In this document: in pieces, positions 28,113 to 43,700 of the stretch
Numbering within the stretch: the first letter of the stretch is position 1
How the letters are laid out: every line of letters begins with the position of its first letter
NCBI GenBank assembly: GCA_964016885.1
Contig: CAXHJY010000409.1
Location: forward strand, 1-64,000
Source of the DNA: Eledone cirrhosa
Lineage: Eukaryota
DNA: 64,000 nt
Direction: 5' to 3'
The notes under the pieces: model-generated
The model's input: the letters and a program-made list of their open reading frames with translations, nothing else
The model's database searches: none
Told to the model about the DNA's origin: nothing
Position numbers and translations under genes: made by a program

Positions 28113-30694
28113 GTCCGTAATGATAACGGTGTACTTGCCCTCACTGATGCTGATAAGAAGTGAGGGCAGGTGTCACTACGAGAGACTATTAAATGAGGCG
28201 AATAAGTGGGAAAAAGAGTCTGCCCCAAATCGATCCAATAGAAGGACCAGCGGTGCAAGTTAAAGGTAGTATAATAAGTAAGGCAATCAAAGACATGAAG
28301 ACAGGGAAGGCAGCTGGGCCTTTGGAGATAGTTGCTGAGATGTTGAAGGCATCTGGAATGGTGGGACATACTATGGTCCCCCGTATAGTTAACCAAGTAA
28401 TACAGAATGGGGTCATACCAAAAGACTGGCGTAGCAGCATCATCATTAACTGCTACAAGGGTAAAGGAGATGCTCTAGATAGAGGAAACTATAGAGGCAT
28501 TAAGTTAGTTGACCAGGTCATGAAAGTCACAGAAAGAGTTATCATTTCATTTTATGTCCCCTTTTCCCTGCTTGCAAAGGTGGGACAGCAACTGATTCTG
28601 GCTTGATTTCTACAGCTGGATGCCCTTCCTAACACCAACCTCATTTACAGTGAGTGCTGGGTGCTTTTTTTCCGTGGCGTCTACACGTCCACTTTACAGT
28701 GTGGGCTGGGTGCTTTTTTTGCCGTGGCACCTCCACGACCACTTTGCAGTGGAATGATAGGGACCACAGTCCCTATCATCTCATTTCTACAGCTGAGTAA
28801 ACTGGAGCAATGTGAAATAAAGTGTCTTGCTCAAGGAAACAACACATCACCCAGTCTGAGAATTGAACTCACAACTTTTCGATTGCAAGACCAATGCTCT
28901 AACCACTAAGCCATGTGCCTCCATGCAACTAATCAGAGAGCGAATTGATCTAGATGAAATGCAGTTTGGGTTTGTGTCATGTAAAAGTACCACAAACGCT
29001 CTTTTCCTTGTACGACAACTACAAGAGAAGTACCTAGCTAAAAGTAAACCCCTCTACTTAGCTTTTGTAAACCTGGAAAAAGCCTTTGACAGAGTCCCCC
29101 GCTCCATTATCTGGTGGGCTCTTAGAAAACTAGGTGTAGATGAATGGCTTGTGAGAGCTATACAAGCTATGTATAATGAAACAGTCAGTAAGGTTAGAAT
29201 TAACAATGAATATTGTGAAGAATTTAGTGTAAAAGTTGGTGTTCACCAAGGCTCTGTTCTTAGCCCCCTCCTATTATTATTGCCCTTCAGGCTATAACAG
29301 AGGAGTTCAAGACCGGCTGCCCATGGGAACTCCTATACGCAGATGATCTAACGCTCATAGCTGAATCAATGGCTGAACTAGAAAAGAAATTCCAAACATG
29401 GAAGCATGGCCTAGAATCAAAAGGCCTTAAAGTTAACTTGTCTAAGACTAAAGTCCTAGTTTGTAGAAAGGAAAATAAGGCACAGGTACCCTCAGGGAAA
29501 TGGCCTTGCTCAGTGTGTAGGAAAGGAGTAGGCAGAAATTCAATTTTGTGTCCCAAATGCAAAGTATGGGTACATAAAAGATATAGTGGGATCACAGGTA
29601 AACTATCTAAGAACGTAGACTTTATATGTGGCCGATGCACAGGTGCAATAGGTAGCAAGTGTCCACAGGATACTAACTCCTATTGCCCAGATGGTTCTAT
29701 AGAAATAGTAGACACTTTCCGTTACCTGGGTGACGAAATCAGCAGTGGTGGAGGGTGTTCTGAAAGTACAGTAGCCAGAGTCAGAACGTGATGGAAAAAG
29801 TTCAGAGAGCTTATACCACTGTTGGCCACAAAAGGTTTCTCTCTAAAAATGAAAGGCAGATTGTATGATGCTTGTATACGAACAGCAATGCTACATGGCA
29901 GTGAGACATGGGCATTGCGTGCAGAGGACCTGCGTAGACTGGAAAGGAACGAAGCATGCATGCTCCGTTGGATGTGTAATAGTAATATATTTGAACGGCA
30001 AAGCATAAATGAACTAAGTGAGAAATTAGGAATAAGAGGGATCAGATGCTGTTTACTCGAGAGAAGACTACGTTGGTATGGCCACGTGATGCGCATGAAA
30101 GACGACAGCTGTATAAAAAAGTGCAGGGCGATCAAAATTGATGGTAGTTACGGAGTAGGTAGACCCAGAAAAACCTGGGACGATCTGATAAATTCCAACC
30201 TTACGCACTTGCACCTCTCTAAGACAATGTCACTGGACCGAGATCTTTGGCACTCCGCAGTAATACAGAAGACCCGCCTTGCCTATGTACAAAGCGAAAC
30301 CTATAGTCAGTAGGCACCTCTTAACCAAATATACACCCCAATCCACTACCCTTACCCTATCCTCCCACTCCCACTAACACCACCCTCTCTCTATAAAGTT
30401 GGTACCACAACATCCAGTCCAAATAAATGAGATCGAGATCGTGTAGGAGTCACGAGAAAAAGACACAGTCCACGCTGTAATGTGGCCGTGTAGGTAACAC
30501 AGTAAAAAGTTCCCAGTTCCACACTGTAAATGTGGTTGGTGTTAGGAAGAGCATCCAGCCGTAGAAAACCTGCCAGATAGTCCTATATGAGCGAGACACG
30601 GTCACCCGACCAACCTTGCCTCAAGTGGGACAATTCCCATCTAACCCATGCTAGCGTGGAAAATGGACATTAAACGTAGATGATGATGATGATG
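28113..30694 (+). mobile_element. RTE LINE (A-related), 5'-truncated, interrupted by a SINE
   Basis: RT motifs, PHD finger, C-terminal domain, (GAT)n tail. Confidence 0.93.
28541..28922 (-). mobile_element. SINE family 1, long variant, inserted in the RTE RT
   Basis: tRNA head ends at 28922; the RT sequence resumes with QLIRERID. Confidence 0.9.
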
Positions 30695-31071
30695 AAACTT
30701 ATGACAAAATCTCAATTTAAGGGAATATAAGTCAGATTGACTAAAGTAAATTAGTCTAACTCATATAATCATCTCCCTACCATGGTTTCAAGAATAAAAG
30801 AAACAACATTAGCTATATCAAACCATGTGGTTTCAATAACGAAACAGTCTGTATACTTTATGATCAATATCTCTTGTTCCAAAGAATTCTCCCCTGACGA
30901 AAGAATAAGTTCTTCTAATATTGGTTGTTCCAATGATTTGAAATAGCTAATGTTTCTTTTTTCCTTGAAACCATAGCAGGGAGACGATTATATAAGTTAG
31001 ACTAACTTATTTTATTTGATATAACTTATACTCCCCTAAATTGAGTTTTTGTCATAAGTTTAATATGTTAA
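30695..31071. mobile_element. Foldback/MITE-like element with about 130-bp imperfect inverted arms
   Basis: AAACTTATGACAAAA...ATTAGCTAT (30695-30825) versus ATAGCTAATG...TTTTGTCATAAGTTT (30935-31061). Confidence 0.75.
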
Positions 31072-31186
31072 ATTACTTCTCCGAGTGATATTTTATCTGT
31101 ATATTTTATCCATTCCTTGGGATGTCTAAGTATGAGAGACATAACTTTTTAATTACATATATATATATATATAAAATCACTATCAC

Positions 31187-31740
31187 CATCATCCTTTTTA
31201 CGTCCCTTTTTCCATGCTTGCTTAGTTTGGACAGGTATTTTCCAGGATAACCTCCCATTGTGTTCCTTCATCATCTCCTGTGTAAGATCCATTGTTTTGA
31301 GATCTGCTGCCACTGCTCTCCCCTACTTCCTTCCATTTGGTATCCCAGGCACTGCTTTAGCCAATGATCATCATCCACTCACATAGCCATACCAGTGCAG
31401 TCTTCTCTCTAGCACATTACAATTAATTCCTCTTATACTCAGTTTCTTTCTCAACTAACCCTTGCTATATCATTCATGTATATTAACATCATACACCAAT
31501 TGAAGCATGCTAGTTTCATTTTTCTCCAGCTTTCACATATCTTCTACATTTACTACCAATGTTTCACTACCATGAAACACCGCTCATCACTTGCAGGCTT
31601 TATTTATAGGGAGAAACATTTTGTTGTCAACAGAAATAGTAAGCTCTCTGGTTCTTATTTTAACATTATACTATCAAAGCAAACTCCTCCACTGCAAATT
31701 GGGCCACCTAGATATCAGAAGCTATCAACTACATCTATGG
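31187..31740 (-). mobile_element. Old, degenerate RTE 3' fragment
   Basis: CATCATCC..TTTTACGTCC tail and an ERRLHWYG-like remnant on the minus strand. Confidence 0.65.
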
Positions 31741-34700
31741 AGGTTTTTCGGGATGCGAAAATACATATATGTGAATATGTGTGTGTGCTTGTGTGAATAT
31801 CTAACTCTTTTCTCTTTCACTAGTGCAAGAAGTGATATCTATTTATGTCCAATGTAAATGAAAGTAGAGATTACATATGTGAAGATCCATAAGGAAACCA
31901 GTAAGGAATACTGTCAGGAAGAACATCCAGCCATAGAATTATTCCTCATCCAACCCATACCAACATAGAAAGTAGACGTAAACATTATAATAACTGGGCT
32001 AATTCAGACATATCTACTTGCAAAAGTATTAATATATGTAAGACATAACACTACTGTCCTCATATTTGGCAAATATATGTAAGCTATAGCACTACTGTCT
32101 TCATATTTGGCAATGGTTTAAATACATGTAAGCTATAGCACAACTGTCTTCATATTTGGCAATGGTTTAAATATATGTAAGATATAGCACTACTGTCTTC
32201 ATATTTGGCAATGGTTTAAATATATGTAAGCCATAGCACAACAGTCTTCATATTTGGCAATGGTTTAAATATATGTAAGCTATAGCACAACTGTCTTCAT
32301 ATTTGGCAATGGTTTAAATATATGTAAGCTATAGCACTACTGTCTTCATATTTGGCAATGGTTTAAATATATGTAAGCTATAGCACTACTGTCTTCATAT
32401 TTGACAATGGTTTAAATATATGTAAGCCATAGCACAACAGTCTTCATATTTGGCAATGGTTTAAATATATGTAAGATATAGCACTACTGTCTTCATATTT
32501 GGCAATGGTTTAAATATATGTAAGATATAGCACTACTGTCCTCATATTTGGCAATGGTTTAAATATATGTAAGATGTAGCACTACTGTCTTCATATTTGG
32601 CAATGGTTTAAATATATGTAAGATATAGCACTACTGTCCTCATATTTGGCAAGGGTTTAAATATATGTAAGATATAGCATTACTGTCCTCATATTTAGCC
32701 ATGGTTTAAATATATGTAAGCTATAGCACAACTGTCTTCATATTTGGCAATGGTTTTAATATATGTAAGATATAGCACAACTGTCTTCATATTTGGCAAT
32801 GGTTTAAATATATGCAAGATATAGCACTACTGTCCTCATATTTGGCAATGGTTTAAATATATGTAAGATATAGCACTACTGTCCTCATATTTGGCAATGG
32901 TTTAAATATATGTAAGATATAGCACTACTGTCTTCATATTTGGCAATGGTTTAAATATATGTAAGATATAGCACTACTGTCCTCATATTTGGCAATGGTT
33001 TAAATATATGCAAGATATAGCACTACTGTCTTCATATTTGGCAATGGTTTAAATAAATATATGTAAGCTATAGCACTACTGTCCTCATATTTGACCATGG
33101 TTTAACTATATGCAAGATATAGCACTACTGTCCTCATATTTGGCAATGGTTTAAATATATGTAAGATATAGCATTACTGTCCTCATATTTGGCAATGGTT
33201 TAAATATATGTAAGATATAGCACTACTGTCCTCATATTTGGCAATGGTTTAAATATATGTAAGATATAGCATTACTGTCCTCATATTTGGCAATGGTTTA
33301 AATATATGTAAGATATAGCACTACTGTCCTCATATTTGGCAATGGTTTAACTATATGCAAGATATAGCACTACTGTCTTCATATTTGGCAATGGTTTAAC
33401 TATATGCAAGATATAGCACTACTGTCCTCATATTTGGCAATGGTTTAACTATATGCAAGATATAGCACTACTGTCCTCATATTTGGCAATGGTTTAAATA
33501 TATGTAAGATATAGCATTACTGTCCTCATATTTGGCAATGGTTTAAATATATGTAAGATATAGCACTACTGTCCTCATATTTGGCAATGGTTTAAATATA
33601 TGTAAGATATAGCACTACTGTCCTCATATTTGGCAATGGTTTAAATATATGTAAGATATAGCACTACTGTCTTCATATTTGACCATGGTTTTAATATATG
33701 TAAGATATAGCACTACTGTCTTCATATTTGGCAATGGCTTAAATATATGTAAGATATAGCACTACTGTCTTCATATTTGGCAATGGCTTAAATATATGTA
33801 AGATATAGCACTACTGTCTTCATATTTGGCAATGGCTTAAATATATGTAAGATATAGCACTACTGTCTTCATATTTGGCAATGGCTTAAATATATGTAAG
33901 ATATAGCACTACTGTCCTCATATTTGACCATGGTTTTAATATATGTAAGATATAGCACTACTGTCTTCATATTTGGCAATGGCTTAAATATATGTAAGAT
34001 ATAGCACTACTGTCTTCATATTTGGCAATGGCTTAAATATATGTAAGATATAGCACTACTGTCTTCATATTTGGCCATGGTTTAAATATATGTAAGATAT
34101 AGCACAACTGTCTTCATATTTGGCAATGGTTTAAATAAATATATGTAAGATATAGCACTAGTGTCCTCATATTTGGCAATGGTTTAAATAAATATATGTA
34201 AGATATAGCACTAGTGTCCTCATATTTGGCAATGGTTTAAATAAATATATGTAAGATATAGCACTACTGTCTTCATATTTGGCAATGGTTTAAATATATG
34301 TAAGATATAGCACTACTGTCCTCATATTTGGCAATGGTTTAAATATATGTAAGATATAGCACTACTGTCCTCATATTTGACCATGGTTTAAATATATGTA
34401 AGATATAGCACTACTGTCCTCATATTTGACCATGGTTTAAATATATGTAAGATATAGCACTACTGTCCTCATACTTGGCAATGGTTTAAATATATGTAAG
34501 ATATAGCACTACTGTCCTCATACTTGGCAATGGTTTAAATATATGTAAGATATAGCACTAGTGTCTTCATATTTGGCAATGGTTTAAATAAATATATGTA
34601 AGATATAGCACTAGTGTCCTCATATTTGGCAATGGTTTAAATAAATATATGTAAGATATAGCACTACTGTCCTCATACTTGGCAATGGTTTAAATATATG

Positions 34701-37700
34701 TAAGATATAGCACTAGTGTCTTCATATTTGGCAATGGTTTAAATAAATATATGTAAGATATAGCACTACTGTCCTCATATTTGGCAATGGTTTAAATAAA
34801 TATATGTAAGATATAGCACTACTGTCCTCATATTTGGCAATGATTTAAATAAATGTAAGATATAGCACTACTGTCCTCATATTTGGCAATGGTTTAAATA
34901 TATGTAAGATATAGCACTACTGTCCTCATATTTGGCAATGGTTTAAATATATGTAAGATATAGCACTACTGTCCTCATATTTGACCATGGCTTAAATATA
35001 TGTAAGATATAGCACTACTGTCCTCATATTTGGCAATGATTTAAATAAATGTAAGATATAGCACTACTGTCCTCATATTTGGCAATGGTTTAAATATATG
35101 TAAGATATAGCACTACTGTCCTCATATTTGACCATGGCTTAAATATATGTAAGATATAGCACTACTGTCCTCATATTTGGCAATGGTTTAAATATATGTA
35201 AGATATAGCACTAGTGTCTTCATATTTGGCAATGGTTTAAATAAATATATGTAAGATATAGCACTAGTGTCTTCATATTTGGCAATGGTTTAAATAAATA
35301 TATGTAAGATATAGCACTAGTGTCTTCATATTTGGCAATGGTTTAAATATATGTAAGATATAGCACTAGTGTCCTCATATTTGGCAATGGTTTAAATATA
35401 TGTAAGATATAGTACTAGTGTCTTCATATTTGGCAATGGTTTAAATATATGTAAGTTATAGCACTACTGTCTTCATATTTGGCAATGGTTTAAATATATG
35501 TAAGTTATAGCACTACTGTCCTCATATTTGGCAATGGTTTAAATAAATATATGTAAGATATAGCACTACTGTCCTCATATTTGGCAATGGTTTAAATAAA
35601 TATATGTAAGATATAGCACTAGTGTCCTCATATTTGGCAACGGTTTAAATATATGTAAGATATAGCACTACTGTCTTCATATTTGGCAATGGTTTAAATA
35701 TATGTAAGATATAGCACTACTGTCCTCATATTTGGCAATGGTTTAAATATATGCAAGATATAGCACTACTGTCCTCATATTTGGCAATAATTTAAATATA
35801 TGTAAGCTATAGCACTACTGTCTTCATATTTGGCAATGGTTTAAATATATGTAAGATATAGCACTACTGTCTTCATATTTGGCAATGGTTTAAATATATG
35901 TAACACATAGCACTACTTCCCTCATATTTGGCAATGGTTTAAATATATGTAAGATATAGCACTAGTGTCCTCATATTTGGCAATGATTTAAATAAATGTA
36001 AGATATAGCACTACTGTCCTCATATTTGGCAATGGTTTAAATATATGTAAGATATAGCACTAGTGTCCTCATATTTGGCAATGGTTTAAATATATGTAAG
36101 ATATAGCACTACTGTCCTCATATTTGGCAATGGTTTAAATATATGTAAGATATAGCACTACTGTCCTCATATTTGGCAATGGTTTAAATATATGTAAGAT
36201 ATAGCACTAGTGTCCTCATATTTGGCAATGGTTTAAATATATGTAAGATATAGCACTACTGTCCTCATATTTGACCATGGTTTAAATATATGTAAGATAT
36301 AGCACTAGTGTCCTCATATTTGGCAATGGTTTAAATATATGTAAGATATAGCACTACTGTCCTCATATTTGACCATGGTTTAAATATATGTAAGATATAG
36401 CACTAGTGTCCTCATATTTGACCATGGTTTAAATATATGTAAGATATAGCACTACTTCCCTCATATTTGGCAATGGTTTAAATATATGTAAGATATAGCA
36501 CTAGTGTCCTCATATTTGGCAATGGTTTAAATATATGTAAGATATAGCACTACTGTCTTCATATTTGGCCATGGTTTAAATATATGTAAGATATAGCACT
36601 ACTGTCTTCATATTTGGCCATGGTTTAAATATATGTAAGATATAGCACTACAGTCCTCATATTTGGCAATGGTTTAAATATATGTAAGATATAGCACTAC
36701 TGTCCTCATATTTGACCATGGTTTAAATATATGTAAGATATAGCACTACTGTCCTCATATTTGGCAATGGTTTAAATATATGTAAGATATAGCACTACTG
36801 TCCTCATATTTGGCAATGGTTTAAATATATGTAAGATATAGCACTACTGCCTTCATATTTGGCAATGGTTTAAATATATGTAAGATATAGCACTAGTGTC
36901 CTCATATTTGGCAATGGTTTAAATATATGTAAGATATAGCACTACAGTTTTCATATTAGGCAATGGTTTAAATATATGTAAGATATAGCACTACTGTCGT
37001 CATATTTGGCAATGGTTTAAATAAATATATGTAAGATATAGCACTACTGTCCTAATATTAGGCAATGGTTTAAATATATGTAAGATATAGCACTACTGTC
37101 CTCATATTTGGCAATGGTTTAAATATATGTAAGATATAGCACTACAGTTTTCATATTAGGCAATGGTTTAAATATATGTAAGATATAGCACTACTGTCGT
37201 CATATTTGGCAATGGTTTAAATAAATATATGTAAGATATAGCACTACTGTCCTCATATTTGGCAATGGTTTAAATATATGTAAGATATAGCACTAGTGTC
37301 TTCATATTTGGCAATGGTTTAAATATATGTAAGATATAGCACTACTGTCCTCATATTTGGCAATGGTTTAAATATATGCAAGATATAGCACTACTGTCTT
37401 CATATTTGGCAATGGTTTAAATAAATATATGTAAGCTATAGCACTACTGTCCTCATATTTGACCATGGTTTAACTATATGCAAGATATAGCACTACTGTC
37501 CTCATATTTGGCAATGGTTTAAATATATGTAAGATATAGCATTACTGTCCTCATATTTGGCAATGGTTTAAATATATGTAAGATATAGCACTACTGTCCT
37601 CATATTTGGCAATGGTTTAAATATATGTAAGATATAGCATTACTGTCCTCATATTTGGCAATGGTTTAAATATATGTAAGATATAGCACTACTGTCCTCA

Positions 37701-40700
37701 TATTTGGCAATGGTTTAACTATATGCAAGATATAGCACTACTGTCTTCATATTTGGCAATGGTTTAACTATATGCAAGATATAGCACTACTGTCCTCATA
37801 TTTGGCAATGGTTTAACTATATGCAAGATATAGCACTACTGTCCTCATATTTGGCAATGGTTTAAATATATGTAAGATATAGCATTACTGTCCTCATATT
37901 TGGCAATGGTTTAAATATATGTAAGATATAGCACTACTGTCCTCATATTTGGCAATGGTTTAAATATATGTAAGATATAGCACTACTGTCCTCATATTTG
38001 GCAATGGTTTAAATATATGTAAGATATAGCACTACTGTCCTCATATTTGGCAATGGTTTAAATATATGTAAGAGATAGCACTACTGTCCTCATATTTGGC
38101 AATGGTTTAAATATATGTAAGATATAGCACTACTGTCTTCATATTTGACCATGGTTTTAATATATGTAAGATATAGCACTACTGTCTTCATATTTGGCAA
38201 TGGCTTAAATATATGTAAGATATAGCACTACTGTCTTCATATTTGGCAATGGCTTAAATATATGTAAGATATAGCACTACTGTCTTCATATTTGGCAATG
38301 GCTTAAATATATGTAAGATATAGCACTACTGTCTTCATATTTGGCAATGGCTTAAATATATGTAAGATATAGCACTACTGTCCTCATATTTGACCATGGT
38401 TTTAATATATGTAAGATATAGCACTACTGTCTTCATATTTGGCAATGGCTTAAATATATGTAAGATATAGCACTACTGTCTTCATATTTGGCAATGGCTT
38501 AAATATATGTAAGATATAGCACTACTGTCTTCATATTTGGCCATGGTTTAAATATATGTAAGATATAGCACAACTGTCTTCATATTTGGCAATGGTTTAA
38601 ATAAATATATGTAAGATATAGCACTAGTGTCCTCATATTTGGCAATGGTTTAAATAAATATATGTAAGATATAGCACTAGTGTCCTCATATTTGGCAATG
38701 GTTTAAATAAATATATGTAAGATATAGCACTACTGTCTTCATATTTGGCAATGGTTTAAATATATGTAAGATATAGCACTACTGTCCTCATATTTGGCAA
38801 TGGTTTAAATATATGTAAGATATAGCACTACTGTCCTCATATTTGACCATGGTTTAAATATATGTAAGATATAGCACTACTGTCCTCATATTTGACCATG
38901 GTTTAAATATATGTAAGATATAGCACTACTGTCCTCATACTTGGCAATGGTTTAAATATATGTAAGATATAGCACTACTGTCCTCATACTTGGCAATGGT
39001 TTAAATATATGTAAGATATAGCACTAGTGTCTTCATATTTGGCAATGGTTTAAATAAATATATGTAAGATATAGCACTAGTGTCCTCATATTTGGCAATG
39101 GTTTAAATAAATATATGTAAGATATAGCACTACTGTCCTCATACTTGGCAATGGTTTAAATATATGTAAGATATAGCACTAGTGTCTTCATATTTGGCAA
39201 TGGTTTAAATAAATATATGTAAGATATAGCACTACTGTCCTCATATTTGGCAATGGTTTAAATAAATATATGTAAGATATAGCACTACTGTCCTCATATT
39301 TGGCAATGATTTAAATAAATGTAAGATATAGCACTACTGTCCTCATATTTGGCAATGGTTTAAATATATGTAAGATATAGCACTACTGTCCTCATATTTG
39401 GCAATGGTTTAAATATATGTAAGATATAGCACTACTGTCCTCATATTTGACCATGGCTTAAATATATGTAAGATATAGCACTACTGTCCTCATATTTGGC
39501 AATGATTTAAATAAATGTAAGATATAGCACTACTGTCCTCATATTTGGCAATGGTTTAAATATATGTAAGATATAGCACTACTGTCCTCATATTTGACCA
39601 TGGCTTAAATATATGTAAGATATAGCACTACTGTCCTCATATTTGGCAATGGTTTAAATATATGTAAGATATAGCACTAGTGTCTTCATATTTGGCAATG
39701 GTTTAAATAAATATATGTAAGATATAGCACTAGTGTCTTCATATTTGGCAATGGTTTAAATAAATATATGTAAGATATAGCACTAGTGTCTTCATATTTG
39801 GCAATGGTTTAAATATATGTAAGATATAGCACTATTGTCCTCATATTTGGCAATGGTTTAAATATATGTAAGATATAGTACTAGTGTCTTCATATTTGGC
39901 AATGGTTTAAATATATGTAAGTTATAGCACTACTGTCTTCATATTTGGCAATGGTTTAAATATATGTAAGTTATAGCACTACTGTCCTCATATTTGGCAA
40001 TGGTTTAAATAAATATATGTAAGATATAGCACTACTGTCCTCATATTTGGCAATGGTTTAAATAAATATATGTAAGATATAGCACTAGTGTCCTCATATT
40101 TGGCAACGGTTTAAATATATGTAAGATATAGCACTACTGTCTTCATATTTGGCAATGGTTTAAATATATGTAAGATATAGCACTACTGTCCTCATATTTG
40201 GCAATGGTTTAAATATATGCAAGATATAGCACTACTGTCCTCATATTTGGCAATGGTTTAAATATATGTAAGATATAGCACTACTGTCCTCATATTTGAC
40301 CATGGCTTAAATATATGTAAGATATAGCACTACTGTCCTCATATTTGGCAATGGTTTAAATATATGTAACACATAGCACTACTTCCCTCATATTTGGCAA
40401 TGGTTTAAATATATGTAAGATATAGCACTAGTGTCCTCATATTTGGCAATGATTTAAATAAATGTAAGATATAGCACTACTGTCCTCATATTTGGCAATG
40501 GTTTAAATATATGTAAGATATAGCACTAGTGTCCTCATATTTGGCAATGGTTTAAATATATGTAAGATATAGCACTACTGTCCTCATATTTGGCAATGGT
40601 TTAAATATATGTAAGATATAGCACTACTGTCCTCATATTTGGCAATGGTTTAAATATATGTAAGATATAGCACTAGTGTCCTCATATTTGGCAATGGTTT

Positions 40701-43700
40701 AAATATATGTAAGATATAGCACTACTGTCCTCATATTTGACCATGGTTTAAATATATGTAAGATATAGCACTAGTGTCCTCATATTTGGCAATGGTTTAA
40801 ATATATGTAAGATATAGCACTACTGTCCTCATATTTGACCATGGTTTAAATATATGTAAGATATAGCACTAGTGTCCTCATATTTGACCATGGTTTAAAT
40901 ATATGTAAGATATAGCACTACTTCCCTCATATTTGGCAATGGTTTAAATATATGTAAGATATAGCACTAGTGTCCTCATATTTGGCAATGGTTTAAATAT
41001 ATGTAAGATATAGCACTACTGTCTTCATATTTGGCCATGGTTTAAATATATGTAAGATATAGCACTACTGTCTTCATATTTGGCCATGGTTTAAATATAT
41101 GTAAGATATAGCACTACAGTCCTCATATTTGGCAATGGTTTAAATATATGTAAGATATAGCACTACTGTCCTCATATTTGACCATGGTTTAAATATATGT
41201 AAGATATAGCACTACTGTCCTCATATTTGGCAATGGTTTAAATATATGTAAGATATAGCACTACTGTCCTCATATTTGGCAATGGTTTAAATATATGTAA
41301 GATATAGCACTACTGCCTTCATATTTGGCAATGGTTTAAATATATGTAAGATATAGCACTAGTGTCCTCATATTTGGCAATGGTTTAAATATATGTAAGA
41401 TATAGCACTACAGTTTTCATATTAGGCAATGGTTTAAATATATGTAAGATATAGCACTACTGTCGTCATATTTGGCAATGGTTTAAATAAATATATGTAA
41501 GATATAGCACTACTGTCCTAATATTAGGCAATGGTTTAAATATATGTAAGATATAGCACTACTGTCCTCATATTTGGCAATGGTTTAAATATATGTAAGA
41601 TATAGCACTACAGTTTTCATATTAGGCAATGGTTTAAATATATGTAAGATATAGCACTACTGTCGTCATATTTGGCAATGGTTTAAATAAATATATGTAA
41701 GATATAGCACTACTGTCCTCATATTTGGCAATGGTTTAAATATATGTAAGATATAGCACTAGTGTCTTCATATTTGGCAATGGTTTAAATATATGTAAGA
41801 TATAGCACTACTGTCCTCATATTTGGCAATGGTTTAAATATATGCAAGATATAGCACTACTGTCTTCATATTTGGCAATGGTTTAAATAAATATATGTAA
41901 GCTATAGCACTACTGTCCTCATATTTGACCATGGTTTAACTATATGCAAGATATAGCACTACTGTCCTCATATTTGGCAATGGTTTAAATATATGTAAGA
42001 TATAGCATTACTGTCCTCATATTTGGCAATGGTTTAAATATATGTAAGATATAGCACTACTGTCCTCATATTTGGCAATGGTTTAAATATATGTAAGATA
42101 TAGCATTACTGTCCTCATATTTGGCAATGGTTTAAATATATGTAAGATATAGCACTACTGTCCTCATATTTGGCAATGGTTTAACTATATGCAAGATATA
42201 GCACTACTGTCTTCATATTTGGCAATGGTTTAACTATATGCAAGATATAGCACTACTGTCCTCATATTTGGCAATGGTTTAACTATATGCAAGATATAGC
42301 ACTACTGTCCTCATATTTGGCAATGGTTTAAATATATGTAAGATATAGCATTACTGTCCTCATATTTGGCAATGGTTTAAATATATGTAAGATATAGCAC
42401 TACTGTCCTCATATTTGGCAATGGTTTAAATATATGTAAGATATAGCACTACTGTCCTCATATTTGGCAATGGTTTAAATATATGTAAGATATAGCACTA
42501 CTGTCCTCATATTTGGCAATGGTTTAAATATATGTAAGAGATAGCACTACTGTCCTCATATTTGGCAATGGTTTAAATATATGTAAGATATAGCACTACT
42601 GTCTTCATATTTGACCATGGTTTTAATATATGTAAGATATAGCACTACTGTCTTCATATTTGGCAATGGCTTAAATATATGTAAGATATAGCACTACTGT
42701 CTTCATATTTGGCAATGGCTTAAATATATGTAAGATATAGCACTACTGTCTTCATATTTGGCAATGGCTTAAATATATGTAAGATATAGCACTACTGTCT
42801 TCATATTTGGCAATGGCTTAAATATATGTAAGATATAGCACTACTGTCCTCATATTTGACCATGGTTTTAATATATGTAAGATATAGCACTACTGTCTTC
42901 ATATTTGGCAATGGCTTAAATATATGTAAGATATAGCACTACTGTCTTCATATTTGGCAATGGCTTAAATATATGTAAGATATAGCACTACTGTCTTCAT
43001 ATTTGGCCATGGTTTAAATATATGTAAGATATAGCACAACTGTCTTCATATTTGGCAATGGTTTAAATAAATATATGTAAGATATAGCACTAGTGTCCTC
43101 ATATTTGGCAATGGTTTAAATAAATATATGTAAGATATAGCACTAGTGTCCTCATATTTGGCAATGGTTTAAATAAATATATGTAAGATATAGCACTACT
43201 GTCTTCATATTTGGCAATGGTTTAAATATATGTAAGATATAGCACTACTGTCCTCATATTTGGCAATGGTTTAAATATATGTAAGATATAGCACTACTGT
43301 CCTCATATTTGACCATGGTTTAAATATATGTAAGATATAGCACTACTGTCCTCATATTTGACCATGGTTTAAATATATGTAAGATATAGCACTACTGTCC
43401 TCATACTTGGCAATGGTTTAAATATATGTAAGATATAGCACTACTGTCCTCATACTTGGCAATGGTTTAAATATATGTAAGATATAGCACTAGTGTCTTC
43501 ATATTTGGCAATGGTTTAAATAAATATATGTAAGATATAGCACTAGTGTCCTCATATTTGGCAATGGTTTAAATAAATATATGTAAGATATAGCACTACT
43601 GTCCTCATACTTGGCAATGGTTTAAATATATGTAAGATATAGCACTAGTGTCTTCATATTTGGCAATGGTTTAAATAAATATATGTAAGATATAGCACTA

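Noticed and set aside
30838-30925. Hammerhead pieces GAAACAGTCTGTA and CTGACGA in the MITE centre
   Set aside because: Stem I cannot form, and the hairpin after CTGACGA is followed by CTAA, not GAAA.
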